From assembly GCA_045803545.1 (NCBI GenBank), contig JBJMOW010000002.1:160001-224000 (forward strand): a stretch of DNA of 64,000 nucleotides, given 5' to 3'. Both the position numbers and the translations under genes were made by a program. The stretch's first letter is position 1; every line of letters starts with the position of its first letter. The stretch comes from Gemmatimonadaceae bacterium. Lineage in GTDB: Bacteria > Gemmatimonadota > Gemmatimonadetes > Gemmatimonadales > Gemmatimonadaceae. Shown here piece by piece: positions 49,749-59,480 of this stretch. Below the pieces are notes generated by a model that was not told the DNA's origin, did no database searches, and was given only the letters and a program-made list of their open reading frames with translations.

Positions 49749-50375
49749 ATGCGCGCGATCAATACCCGCCCCGGAAAAATCGTTTGCGTCGGCCGTAACT
49801 ACGCCGAGCACGCCAAGGAGCTCGGCAATGAAGTCCCCAAGGAGCCGCTGATTTTTCTGAAGCCGCCCTCGAGTGTGATCTGGGGAGGCGAGGCGATCGT
49901 GCTGCCTGAAATCTCCCAGCGCGTCGAGTTTGAAGGGGAGATCGGCGTGATCGTAGGGAGAACCCTCAACCGGGTGTCAGAATCTGAGGCCGGAGAGGGA
50001 ATTCGCGGCGTAATTGCTGTCAATGACGTGACAGCGCGAGACCTGCAAAAGACAGACGGACAATGGACTAGGGCCAAGGGATTTGATACTTTTCTTCCTC
50101 TGGGAGAGGAGTCATCCGAGCTTCCGGACCTCGACAGTTTGACTGTAGTCACCCGGGTCAATGGTGTCGAGCGACAGCGGGGGAAAAGCAGCGAGATGGT
50201 CTTCTCGATCCCGTCCCTCCTCGCCTTCATCTCGCGTATCATGACATTGGAACCAGGGGACCTTGTTGCGACTGGAACGCCTTCGGGCGTCGGGCCGCTG
50301 GTCTCCGGTGACGTGGTAGAGATCGAGATTCCAGGCGTCAGTCGCGTAACTAACCCCGTTCAAGCGAGATCATAG
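49749..50375 (+). CDS. fumarylacetoacetate hydrolase family protein
   Basis: KIVCVGRNY, EFEGE, NDVTARD, AKGFDT, GTPSGVG. Confidence 0.93.
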   Translation: MRAINTRPGKIVCVGRNYAEHAKELGNEVPKEPLIFLKPPSSVIWGGEAIVLPEISQRVEFEGEIGVIVGRTLNRVSESEAGEGIRGVIAVNDVTARDLQKTDGQWTRAKGFDTFLPLGEESSELPDLDSLTVVTRVNGVERQRGKSSEMVFSIPSLLAFISRIMTLEPGDLVATGTPSGVGPLVSGDVVEIEIPGVSRVTNPVQARS

Positions 50376-51616
50376 TGCCCGCCTTAACCGATCGCGTACT
50401 CAGCCTCCCTGAATACCCGCTGGCAAGGATCCCCGCGCAGAAGCGCGAGCTCATAGCGCGCGGAATGGACGTCATCGATCTAGGTGCCGGAGACGCAGAT
50501 CTCTCACCGCCGCCCAAAGTGATAGAGCGAATCACCGAAGCCGTGCGTATTCCTACCATGAGTCGCTACGGATTCGCGCTCGGTCTCGTGGAATACCGCG
50601 AAGCTGTCTCTCGCTTCATGAAACGGAGATTCGGCCAGACGTTCGATCCGATGACGGAAGTCATTCCGCTGATCGGCTCGAAGGAAGGCATCTCGCATCT
50701 CGCGCTGGCGTACGTGTCGAGAGGCGACTACACGATCGTCCCCGAGCCTGGCTACAACTCCTACCTCGGCGGCACACTGCTGTCCGAGGCGACGATGTAC
50801 AAGTACCCGCTGCGGCCGGAAGAGAATTTCCTGATCAATCTCGACAGGATTCCGGCCGATGTGCTCAAGAAGACCAAGATTCTCTATCTGAATTACCCGA
50901 ACAACCCTACCTCTGCGATCGCGCCGAAAGAGTACCTGGAGGACATTGTCCGCCGCTGCAAGGAACTCGATATCCTGCTGGTGTATGACAATGCTTACTC
51001 CGAGCTCGCGTACGACGGATACGTGCCGCCCAGCATTTTCGAGATTCCTGGCGCGCGTGACGTAGCAATCGAGTTCCACTCGATGTCGAAGACGTACAAC
51101 ATGACCGGGTGGCGTTGCGGTTGGGCATGCGGGAAGGCGGAGTTCATCGCGGCACTGGGGAAGGTGAAATCCTTCATCGACACGGGGACGTTCTTGGCAA
51201 TTCAGGCAGCCGCTGCAACCGCGCTCGACGAATGCGTCGATTGGATTCCGCAGAACGTGGCGGAGTTCAAGCGCCGTCGCGATGCGGCAGTCGAGGCGTT
51301 TTGCGAAGCGGGCTTCCCGTGCGTCAAGCCGAAAGCGACGATGTATCTCTGGGCCCCTCTACCGAAAGACATTCCGAGCGCGGTGTTTGGTGAGCGACTC
51401 CTTCAGGATGAAGGCGTCGTCGTGCTGCCCGGCTCTCTCTTCGGTCCCGGCGGCGAAGGATTCTTCCGTGTTTCATTCATCACGTCGCCCGAGCGGTTGC
51501 GTGAAGCAGCAAGCCGGGCTGGACGCGTGCTGAAGCGGCTCCAGGCACAATCAGGTACGGACGTCCGCTCGACCACCCAGCGTCAGGAAGAGCGGCAGGG
51601 GATGGCGCGCGCCTGA
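50375..51616 (+). CDS. class I/II PLP aminotransferase (LL-DAP aminotransferase-like)
   Basis: LIGSKEG, LNYPNNPT, YDNAY, SMSKTYNMTGWRCG. Confidence 0.88.
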   Translation: MPALTDRVLSLPEYPLARIPAQKRELIARGMDVIDLGAGDADLSPPPKVIERITEAVRIPTMSRYGFALGLVEYREAVSRFMKRRFGQTFDPMTEVIPLIGSKEGISHLALAYVSRGDYTIVPEPGYNSYLGGTLLSEATMYKYPLRPEENFLINLDRIPADVLKKTKILYLNYPNNPTSAIAPKEYLEDIVRRCKELDILLVYDNAYSELAYDGYVPPSIFEIPGARDVAIEFHSMSKTYNMTGWRCGWACGKAEFIAALGKVKSFIDTGTFLAIQAAAATALDECVDWIPQNVAEFKRRRDAAVEAFCEAGFPCVKPKATMYLWAPLPKDIPSAVFGERLLQDEGVVVLPGSLFGPGGEGFFRVSFITSPERLREAASRAGRVLKRLQAQSGTDVRSTTQRQEERQGMARA

Positions 51617-52464
51617 TGATTTTCCGCCGCGTCGAGACTGGCTCCGTGAGAACGGGGAGGAAGGTGTCGCCTTCCGTCCTCGTTTCGATCGGCGTGCATG
51701 TCGTCGTCGCGGTGGCGCTGATGCGCATGCTGATTCTGCACATCGACGTCTCGCGCTCGCGCAAGCCGACGACGGCGCAGGAACGCGTCGGCTTCGTGAC
51801 ACTCGCCAAGCCCGGCGAGAAACCAACTGCGGGTAGAGTTGGCGGAGATGGCCGCGCATTTACTCCGCGAGAGTTTCACGTGGTCGCGCCGAGGATCGTG
51901 CCGAACGCGATCCCGATGCCCAACGTCACGGCTGTGAAGCCGACTGAAGAGGCGGGCACCGGACCACTCGTCGGCGGTGGTGGACCGTCGCGTGGGGTGC
52001 GGCCCTCGTACACAGACGGACGTGTTTGGGAGCCGCCCGGACGCGTCGTCGCTCGACCAAAAACGGTCAAAGAGACAATCGATAGTTTGATCGCTGACGG
52101 AATCGCTCCTTACAACGACTCGATCGCAGCGGGTGCACAGCGTCGCGATCCGACCGATTGGACGGTGGAGAAGGGCGGCTACAAGTGGGGCATCGATCGC
52201 CACGCGATTCGGCTTGGCCCGGTGTCGATTCCGACGGCTTTGCTGGCGATGTTGCCGCTCAACGTCCAGGGCAATCCGATGACGATCGAGCGCGATCGCG
52301 CCTATGCGGCGATGAATCGCGACATCAGCTGGCACGCACAGCAGGCAATCAACGACGCCGACTTCATGAAAGCGGTGCGCAGTATTCGCGAGCGCAAGGA
52401 GCGGGAACGCGCGGCGCTTGCCATTACCTCGAGCAAGGACAGCTCCGGCGACCACCCGCGGTGA
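51616..52464 (+). CDS. hypothetical TonB/TolA-like membrane-anchored protein
   Basis: N-terminal TM with SIGVH (SxxxH), Pro/Gly-rich linker, novel C-domain. Confidence 0.6.
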   Translation: MIFRRVETGSVRTGRKVSPSVLVSIGVHVVVAVALMRMLILHIDVSRSRKPTTAQERVGFVTLAKPGEKPTAGRVGGDGRAFTPREFHVVAPRIVPNAIPMPNVTAVKPTEEAGTGPLVGGGGPSRGVRPSYTDGRVWEPPGRVVARPKTVKETIDSLIADGIAPYNDSIAAGAQRRDPTDWTVEKGGYKWGIDRHAIRLGPVSIPTALLAMLPLNVQGNPMTIERDRAYAAMNRDISWHAQQAINDADFMKAVRSIRERKERERAALAITSSKDSSGDHPR

Positions 52465-52544
52465 TTGACTGCGGCGGCTAGTCAATAGTCCGAAGCTCCA
52501 AATCGTGCAAACACAACGCTTTAACCGTTTCACCATACCCAGTA

Positions 52545-52579
52545 TTGCTATTTTTCCAGCATATGCTAGATTCGTAGCA
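52545..52579 (+). promoter_or_regulatory. blaI-like promoter with tandem palindromic operators
   Basis: TGCTA-TTTTTC-CAGCA (52546-52561) and TGCTA-GATTCG-TAGCA (52564-52579) overlap TTGCTA-N16-TAGATT with an extended -10 TG. Confidence 0.75.
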
Positions 52580-52604
52580 CTTTACTACACCAGCTGAGAT
52601 TGCA

Positions 52605-52997
52605 ATGGCGCACGAGGAAGAACTTGAAGGCTTGAGCCGCCGCGAGCGGCAAATAATGGATTTTCTTTTTCAGCACGGCCGAGCGTCCGTCGGTGAGGTG
52701 CTGGATGGGATTCCAAGTCCACCGGGCTACTCGGCGGTGCGCGCAACGCTGCGCACGCTGGAGCAAAAAGGAAGGGTCATACACGAGGAGGACGGACGCG
52801 CCTATGTGTATCGGCCGACGCTCCGACCAGAGGCGGCCCGTCGCTCCGCGCTCACTCACGTCCTGAAAACGTTCTTCGATAATTCGGCGGAGCAAGCGGT
52901 CGCCGCTTTGCTCGAGCTCAAAGGCACCAAGCTTTCGAAGGCCGAGCTCGATCGTGTCGCGAAACTGGTCGATTCGGCAAAGAAGGAGGGTCGGTAG
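52605..52997 (+). CDS. BlaI/MecI/CopY family repressor
   Basis: LSRRERQIMD, YSAVRATLRTLEQKG, GRAYVY, LKTFFDNS. Confidence 0.93.
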   Translation: MAHEEELEGLSRRERQIMDFLFQHGRASVGEVLDGIPSPPGYSAVRATLRTLEQKGRVIHEEDGRAYVYRPTLRPEAARRSALTHVLKTFFDNSAEQAVAALLELKGTKLSKAELDRVAKLVDSAKKEGR

Positions 52998-55559
52998 ATG
53001 ACATCCGTTCTTGGGTCGACGCAGAATCTGCAAGCCGTTCTCCCTCTGTTCGTTGACGCAGCAATCAAGGGCGCGGTGCTGGTGGTGATTGCCGCGATTG
53101 CTGTATACGCGCTGAGGAATAAATCGGCAGCTTCGCGTCACGCAGTGTGGAGCGCAGCAGTGATCGGTCACTTGGCAATTCCGTTGTTCATGCTGATTCT
53201 GCCGGCGTGGAAAATTCCTTTCCTCCCGGCAACGCCGTGGACGACGGGGTCGCCGTCAGATGAGATCGTTGTCAATCCGGGTGCTGTTTCACCCGCAGTA
53301 ATCGATAACTCCATCAAAGACGCTGTTTCTTCGGTAACCGACGACAAATCGCCGGCGACGCAGCCAGCAGCGCGTACCTCACTCCCCTCCAAGTCGCGCG
53401 CTGTCGGCTCGTCCCCTGTCAGCTCACAGCCGATGAGTACCTTCGCTATGATCGCGACGATCTGGTTCGTCGGAGCGACACTGGTTTTGCTACGTCTCGC
53501 ACTGGGAACATGGCAAGTCGGACGGCTTGCCCGTGTCGGTGCACGAGTTGAAGACGGCGCATGGTTGTCGCTGACCCAACGTCTCGCCAACCGCCTCGGT
53601 GTTTCAAGACCGCTGACGTTGCTCCGCGGCGATCGCCTCGCCGTGCCGGTCACGTGGGGAATCGTATATCCTGCCGTGCTGCTACCGCAGGATTCCGACA
53701 ACTGGACAGACGAACAGCGCCGCTTTGTGCTCGTTCACGAGATGGCGCACGTGAAGCGGTTCGATGCCCTGACGCAACTGCTGGCACAGCTCGCCGTCGC
53801 TTTGTTCTGGTTCGATCCGCTGGTTTGGGTTGCAGCTCACCAAATGCGCGTCGAGCGGGAGCACGCGTGCGATGACTACGTGCTGCGTGACGGAACGACA
53901 CCGTCTCTCTACGCAGGCGAGCTGTTGGAGATGGTTCGCAGTATCGGGACTCCCCGCCACGACAGTGCAGCTCCCGCATTTGCCGCGCTGGCAATGGCGC
54001 GCCGATCCGAGTTCGAGGGGCGGATGCTCGCCATTCTCGATCCACGTCTCGATCGTAATACACTGAATCGCAGAGGTGCATTCATGACCGCCGCTATAGT
54101 TGCGTTGTTGACAATTCCGCTCGCTGCTTTGCGTCCGTACCAGCAGCCAACGAGTCCGACTAAGCCCGATGGGTTCCCGTCATCGTTCAAAGTCACTATC
54201 GGCAACAGCACAGTTCCTTCGCAGATCGCAACCACGACTACATCAGCGGGTGCGGCGTCTGCTACCAAGACCGTGGCGGCCGCAACGTCGGCCACAACGT
54301 CGACCGCAACGCAGGCCGGACTTCAGGCCAGGTGGGCGTGCGAGAAATATCCGATGGGCACCGAGCTTCACGGGACCTCGTCACATGTCAGCGAACACAC
54401 TGGCGACGGCCCTGACCGCTGGGATCTGCTATTCAGCGAATCGGGTCATTGCACCGAGGCAGCAGTGATCGGCAAGATCGTTTTTTCGCCCGATGAGCGG
54501 CGCATCGCACAACTCTCCCCTGGTGGATTTGCCAGATTCCGGGAGCGCACGTCGTCATTCGACCGCGCCGTATCCATCAATTCAGTTGGTGATGGATCGT
54601 TGAACTACACTTCATTCATCAACGGCCAACCCGTCGCTTTTGACGGCGGTATGCAGGCGTGGCTGGAGCAGCTGCTTCCGACGCTGCTGCGCGAAATGCC
54701 GCTCAACGTTCCCGCTCGTGTCGCTCGCTACAGAGAACGTGGCGGGGTGCCGGCGGTCCTGGAGATGATCGCCCAAATCCGCAGTACGGGTGCGCGGCGC
54801 GAGCATTACCAGGAACTGCTCAAGGGACCGGTGTCCAACGCCGACGCCGAGCTGATTGCGGCACACGCTGCGCGCGACCTGGCTGGAAGCTCCGGCGACC
54901 TCAGCTCCGTGCTTCAGAAACTTCCGCGCACCGCGCTTCAGAGCCGCGGAACTCGTGACGCACTCGTCACTGCGCTTGCCAGCATCACTTCGAGCGGAGA
55001 CAGGGCGAGCACACTGGAGATCCTGGCACCGAACGCCGACCCGGATCTGCTCGTGATCCTGGCCCAGGCGGCCGAGGGATTGGGCTCGAGTGGAGACAAA
55101 GCCAATTACCTGATCGTCAGCGCAGCTGAGTACCTGACGCCCCGATCCGAGAGGCTGAGGAACGCTTTCTTCCACGCGGCACTCACCGTCCCGTCGAGCG
55201 GCGATCTGGCGAACGTGCTGCAGAACGCAATGGCGTATGGCCATGCCGATCCCGCTGTAACGATGGACATCATCGACGCTTCGCGGAAACTTGCTTCGAG
55301 TGGCGATGCGGCCAACGTACTCATGATGCTGACAACCAGCCGACTACTGCAGCCGGGTACACCGCGCGCAACCTTGGCCGCGATTCAACGAACTCTGACA
55401 ATGGCGTCGAGCGGCGATCGCGCGAACGTGTTGATGTTGATCGCCACCGCAAAGCTCCTCACCAACGCTGAAATCAGAAACGCCTACATGGATGCGGCGA
55501 CCGCGCTCCCTTCAGATGGCGACCGTGCCAACGCGCTGGCTGCCGCGGCAAGACAATAA
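52998..55559 (+). CDS. M56 (BlaR1-like) metallopeptidase with C-terminal helical repeat domain
   Basis: TM helices, HEMAHVKRFD, WFDPL, REHACDD; seven SSGD-type repeats at the C-terminus. Confidence 0.92.
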   Translation: MTSVLGSTQNLQAVLPLFVDAAIKGAVLVVIAAIAVYALRNKSAASRHAVWSAAVIGHLAIPLFMLILPAWKIPFLPATPWTTGSPSDEIVVNPGAVSPAVIDNSIKDAVSSVTDDKSPATQPAARTSLPSKSRAVGSSPVSSQPMSTFAMIATIWFVGATLVLLRLALGTWQVGRLARVGARVEDGAWLSLTQRLANRLGVSRPLTLLRGDRLAVPVTWGIVYPAVLLPQDSDNWTDEQRRFVLVHEMAHVKRFDALTQLLAQLAVALFWFDPLVWVAAHQMRVEREHACDDYVLRDGTTPSLYAGELLEMVRSIGTPRHDSAAPAFAALAMARRSEFEGRMLAILDPRLDRNTLNRRGAFMTAAIVALLTIPLAALRPYQQPTSPTKPDGFPSSFKVTIGNSTVPSQIATTTTSAGAASATKTVAAATSATTSTATQAGLQARWACEKYPMGTELHGTSSHVSEHTGDGPDRWDLLFSESGHCTEAAVIGKIVFSPDERRIAQLSPGGFARFRERTSSFDRAVSINSVGDGSLNYTSFINGQPVAFDGGMQAWLEQLLPTLLREMPLNVPARVARYRERGGVPAVLEMIAQIRSTGARREHYQELLKGPVSNADAELIAAHAARDLAGSSGDLSSVLQKLPRTALQSRGTRDALVTALASITSSGDRASTLEILAPNADPDLLVILAQAAEGLGSSGDKANYLIVSAAEYLTPRSERLRNAFFHAALTVPSSGDLANVLQNAMAYGHADPAVTMDIIDASRKLASSGDAANVLMMLTTSRLLQPGTPRATLAAIQRTLTMASSGDRANVLMLIATAKLLTNAEIRNAYMDAATALPSDGDRANALAAAARQ

Positions 55560-55567
55560 TCGACGAA

Positions 55568-55594
55568 CCCGGCGAGCCGTTTCGACTCGCCGGG
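55568..55594 (+). terminator. stem-loop between the M56 and DUF5916 genes (no U-tract)
   Basis: CCCGGCGAG-N9-CTCGCCGGG. Confidence 0.4.
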
Positions 55595-55634
55595 AGTTAA
55601 ACGCGAACCCACCCAAACACCGTTAGGAGAAGCG

Positions 55635-58214
55635 ATGGGAAAAGATCTGCTGTTGAACGCGTCCTCCAGTGCTAGAAAACTAGCATTCCTGGTCCTTTCT
55701 TCACTCGTGTTGGCTCCGGTGGGACGCGCACAAGCGATTCGCGCGCAGGGGACGACGACCGGCGAATCATTGCGCGCGTTCCAGGCGAACGCGACGATCG
55801 CCGACGAGGCGCCCACGATCGACGGCAAAGACGATGATGCGGTCTGGCGGACTGCAGCGCCAATCACCGGTTTCCGGGCGTTCGACCCCAAGGAAGACGG
55901 CGATCCCGCGTTCGCGACCGAGGCGAAAATCGCCTACGACGCGCAAAACATTTACGTCTTCGTCCGCATGTTCGATCCGCGCCCGGACAGCATCATCGCA
56001 CTCCTGTCGCGGCGTGACGTGAAGACTCAGAGCGAGCAGATCAAGGTTATGATCGACTCGTATCACGACCGGCGCACCGCGTACGAGTTTGCAGTGAACC
56101 CGGCGGGTGTGAAGCGCGACTACTACGAGTACGATGACTCGCGCGAGGATGCCAGCTGGGATGCGGTTTGGGACGCCGCAACGAGGATCGATTCGCTCGG
56201 TTGGACCGCCGAATTCCGGATTCCCTTGAGCCAGGTGCGGTATCCACGTGCTGCCGAGCATACCTTCGGGGTCATGATCATGCGCGACATCACTCGTCGC
56301 AGCGAGCGCGATAGCTGGCCCGTGTATCGACGCTCCAAGAGCGGAATCGCCTCGCAGTTCGGTGATCTCGTCGGCCTGCGTGGGCTGGGCTCGCCGCACC
56401 GGCTGGAAGTCGCTCCTTACGTCATTGCAAAGAATTCCAGTGTGTCGCAGACGACGGGCTTTGGTAGAACTCAGAAGCAGACAGTCGGGGGCGACCTCAA
56501 ATACGGCGTAACGTCCAATCTGACTCTGGATGCGACGGTGAATCCTGATTTCGGCCAGGTCGAGGCAGATCCAGCCCAGCTGAATCTCACCGCATACGAG
56601 ACCTTTCTCGCGGAGCAGCGACCATTCTTCCTGGAAGGCACGGGGATTCTCGCCTTCGGCAGCGGAGACGGCTCCCGCCTGTTCTACACGCGGCGAATTG
56701 GCCGCGCCCCGCAGTTATCCGGTCTGGTTAGTGATCCGACCGCCGATATCCCGGCTGCAACGCCGATTCTTGGCGCCTCGAAACTGACGGGAAGACTGGC
56801 TAGCGGAACTTCCGTGGGCAGCCTGTTCGCCGTGACGGGCCGCGAGGCTGTCGGTCCGACATTGATCGAGCCGCAGACCGAATACGGTGTATTTCGTGTG
56901 TCTCAGGATTTCAGGAAGGGCGAATCCGGCGTCGGCGGAATCGTAACCGTCGTTAATCGCCAGCTCGATGACGACGCAGCCGACTTCTTGCGCCGGCAGT
57001 CGATCACCGGCGGCATCGACGCGCGTCATCGGTTTGACAAAGGTCGCTACAAGATCAGCGGGTTTCTGGCTGCAAGTGATGTACGCGGCAGTGAAGCTGC
57101 AATCGCGCGAACCCAGCGCAATGCAGTTCACTACTACAACCGGCCCGATGCCGGTCTGTCTTACGACTCAACTCGGACTGCGCTGTCCGGCACCGACATG
57201 CAGCTGAGAGCCGACAAGGTTGCGGGTGTCTTCACTTATGGCGCGTTCTACGAGCGTCTGTCTCCCGGCTTCGAAACCAACGACGTCGGGTTTCTGTCGC
57301 AGGCGGACCAGCAGATCGCGCAAGGCTATCTGTCGTGGCAGAGCAGCCAGCCTCGCGCGTTCTGGCGCAACGCATCACTGCAGCTCTATCAATTCAATCA
57401 ATTCACGACCACCGGATTGCCGGTCACGAACTTCAGTGAGCTCGATCTGTTCACGGAGTTCACCAATCGAATGACGTTCAGTGCGAGCCTGTGGGGCGAC
57501 AACCTGACGCCCGCGTACTGCGATCGCTGCGCCCGCGGCGGCCCGGCGCTCCGCGTCACGCCTGACGTCAACCTCCTGATCAACATCGGCGCTGATCCCC
57601 GCCCGATGGTCGTGCCGACAATTGCGGCGATTTACAGCGTCGGCGATTACGGCAACTCCACCCTATGGCGAATTCGTCCGTACGTCACTGTGCGCGCGCG
57701 CAGCAATCTGAGCTGGGAGCTGGGCACGCGTTACCAGCGCAATCGCAACGATACGCAGTGGTATGACAACCTCGGTGTGATTGGCAGCGATACCACGCAT
57801 TACCTGTTTGCCCATCTCGACCAGGAGTTACTGAGCTTCACCAGTCGGTTGAACTACACGGCGACAACGACGCTGTCCCTGCAGTGCTACGCGGAGCCGT
57901 TTATCACGACCGGACGCTACTTCCGGCTGCGAGAGATCGCCAATCCGCGATCACCGAGCTACGACGAACGCTACCACCCGTATGCGATGAGCACCGACGA
58001 CGCGAGCTTCAACATCAAGGAGCTACACGCAAGCGCTGTCGCGCGCTGGGAATATCGGCCAGGTTCGACCCTATTCATGGTGTGGACGCAGGGACGGGAT
58101 CAGGAGGATCGCGATCTCGGCAGCTTTTTGCCGGCGAGAGATCTGCGAAACCTCTTCGCGGCGAGGCCGGATAACACATTCCTCATTAAAGCGTCGTACT
58201 GGATCAACTTCTGA
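55635..58214 (+). CDS. CBM9-like plus DUF5916 outer membrane beta-barrel protein
   Basis: AGGAGA RBS; PTIDGKDDDAVW, WTAEFRIP, TVNPDFGQVEAD, EQRPFFLEG, FYTRRIG, terminal YWINF. Confidence 0.85.
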   Translation: MGKDLLLNASSSARKLAFLVLSSLVLAPVGRAQAIRAQGTTTGESLRAFQANATIADEAPTIDGKDDDAVWRTAAPITGFRAFDPKEDGDPAFATEAKIAYDAQNIYVFVRMFDPRPDSIIALLSRRDVKTQSEQIKVMIDSYHDRRTAYEFAVNPAGVKRDYYEYDDSREDASWDAVWDAATRIDSLGWTAEFRIPLSQVRYPRAAEHTFGVMIMRDITRRSERDSWPVYRRSKSGIASQFGDLVGLRGLGSPHRLEVAPYVIAKNSSVSQTTGFGRTQKQTVGGDLKYGVTSNLTLDATVNPDFGQVEADPAQLNLTAYETFLAEQRPFFLEGTGILAFGSGDGSRLFYTRRIGRAPQLSGLVSDPTADIPAATPILGASKLTGRLASGTSVGSLFAVTGREAVGPTLIEPQTEYGVFRVSQDFRKGESGVGGIVTVVNRQLDDDAADFLRRQSITGGIDARHRFDKGRYKISGFLAASDVRGSEAAIARTQRNAVHYYNRPDAGLSYDSTRTALSGTDMQLRADKVAGVFTYGAFYERLSPGFETNDVGFLSQADQQIAQGYLSWQSSQPRAFWRNASLQLYQFNQFTTTGLPVTNFSELDLFTEFTNRMTFSASLWGDNLTPAYCDRCARGGPALRVTPDVNLLINIGADPRPMVVPTIAAIYSVGDYGNSTLWRIRPYVTVRARSNLSWELGTRYQRNRNDTQWYDNLGVIGSDTTHYLFAHLDQELLSFTSRLNYTATTTLSLQCYAEPFITTGRYFRLREIANPRSPSYDERYHPYAMSTDDASFNIKELHASAVARWEYRPGSTLFMVWTQGRDQEDRDLGSFLPARDLRNLFAARPDNTFLIKASYWINF
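55670..55685. promoter_or_regulatory. third copy of the BlaI-like operator, inside the 5' end of the DUF5916 gene
   Basis: TGCTAG-AAAA-CTAGCA perfect palindrome matching TGCTA-N6-TAGCA. Confidence 0.6.
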
Positions 58215-58228
58215 AACTGTCCGCAGCT

Positions 58229-58651
58229 TTAGGAGAATTGCGCGAAGCCCACTGTATTTCCGCCCGGCTCCCTCACGTAGATCTCGGTACTGCCGTAGAA
58301 CGTGTCGTGTCGCGGTTTGACGACGGGGGCGCCGGCGAGCGATTTCTCGATGCTGTCGAGATCGTCGACGGTGATGAACAGTGCGACCGAGTGACCCATT
58401 ATGTCGCGGGCCGCGCCCGGATCCTCGCTCAACACGCTGGCGCGTGTCTGGTACATGATCTCCACCGGTCCTTTTTGCACGCTGGCGAAAATCAGCTTGC
58501 CGTCGTCACCCGGCACCTTGTTGGTGATCTCGAAGCCCAGTCGATCCGTCCAGAACTTCACACACGGTTCGACGGCATCGACGATGAGTACCGGCGTCAA
58601 CTGCTTCACTCCGGGGGAACGCCCCTGAGAATCGTCCTTCGAATCAGTCAT
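58229..58651 (-). CDS. VOC / glyoxalase family protein
   Basis: LTPVLIVD, FWTDRLGF, LFITVDD, FYGSTEIYVREPGGN. Confidence 0.88.
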   Translation of the reverse strand: MTDSKDDSQGRSPGVKQLTPVLIVDAVEPCVKFWTDRLGFEITNKVPGDDGKLIFASVQKGPVEIMYQTRASVLSEDPGAARDIMGHSVALFITVDDLDSIEKSLAGAPVVKPRHDTFYGSTEIYVREPGGNTVGFAQFS

Positions 58652-58680
58652 TGATGAACCTCGTTGAGCACCACCATAAC

Positions 58681-58712
58681 AAAAAAACGGTCGGCCTGCG
58701 AGGCCGACCGTT
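58681..58712 (-). terminator. intrinsic terminator after lexA
   Basis: AACGGTCGGCCT-GCG-AGGCCGACCGTT with a T-run on the minus strand. Confidence 0.88.
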
Positions 58713-58731
58713 CAAGCATCTGTCAGATTCC

Positions 58732-59379
58732 TTACGAGGGCACGGAGTTCCCGCCGAGATTCGCATCGAAGCTCGGACGGAAAACGCCACAGATCACGCC
58801 CAGGACACTGAAATCCATCCCAGGCTGCACCGTAATGTCTCGTTCCGCTGGATTGGCAGCCTCAAGGACGATGGTGCCGCTGCGCTTCTTGTAAGTCTTG
58901 ACGGTTGCATCCTCGCCCAAGCGCGCGGCGACGATGTCATTGTCCTTCGGATCCTGTCGCGGGTTGACCAGTACAAAGTCGCCTTCGGTGATGCAGCGAC
59001 CGACCATGCTGTCGCCCTTCACCTTGAGGAAGAACACATCTTCCGACGGAATGAAGCGGCGATCGAGTGTGATGAACGACTGACGGTGCTCGGGGATTAA
59101 TGCCGGCTCGCCGGCGTGGATCTTACCATAGAAGGGCACTGGCTGCGTGCGCATCGACGCACCGAAGCCAAGCAGATTGACGCCGCGTGAGCGCGCAGGG
59201 TCGCGCTCGATGTAACCCTTTCGTGCCAGGGACTGCAGCAGATCAGAAACGGTCTTCGTCGACTTTATCTTGAACTGCTTCCCGATATCCCTAATGCTCG
59301 GCTGATAAGTGTTCTCAGCCGTGAAGTCGAGCAGATAGTGGTATACCGAGCTCTCGAGCTTGGTCAGTTGCTCGGACAT
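58732..59379 (-). CDS. lexA: SOS repressor LexA
   Basis: PSIRDI wHTH, KGYIER..RSRG, Ala-Gly cleavage site (IHAGEP), VKGDSM (Ser), TVKT (Lys). Confidence 0.93.
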   Translation of the reverse strand: MSEQLTKLESSVYHYLLDFTAENTYQPSIRDIGKQFKIKSTKTVSDLLQSLARKGYIERDPARSRGVNLLGFGASMRTQPVPFYGKIHAGEPALIPEHRQSFITLDRRFIPSEDVFFLKVKGDSMVGRCITEGDFVLVNPRQDPKDNDIVAARLGEDATVKTYKKRSGTIVLEAANPAERDITVQPGMDFSVLGVICGVFRPSFDANLGGNSVPS

Positions 59380-59426
59380 GGGTGATTCCTGGAATCGGGT
59401 CGGCGGTGGTGAGGGACGCAAATAAT

Positions 59427-59455
59427 AATCTGTGTACGAAACCGTACGCGGTCAA
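59427..59455 (-). promoter_or_regulatory. lexA promoter with candidate SOS box
   Basis: TTGACC-N17-CAGATT, with the palindrome GTACG-AAAC-CGTAC (59434-59447) in the spacer. Confidence 0.55.
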
Positions 59456-59480
59456 CATTTTTTGTTTGTCGCGACGGTCG

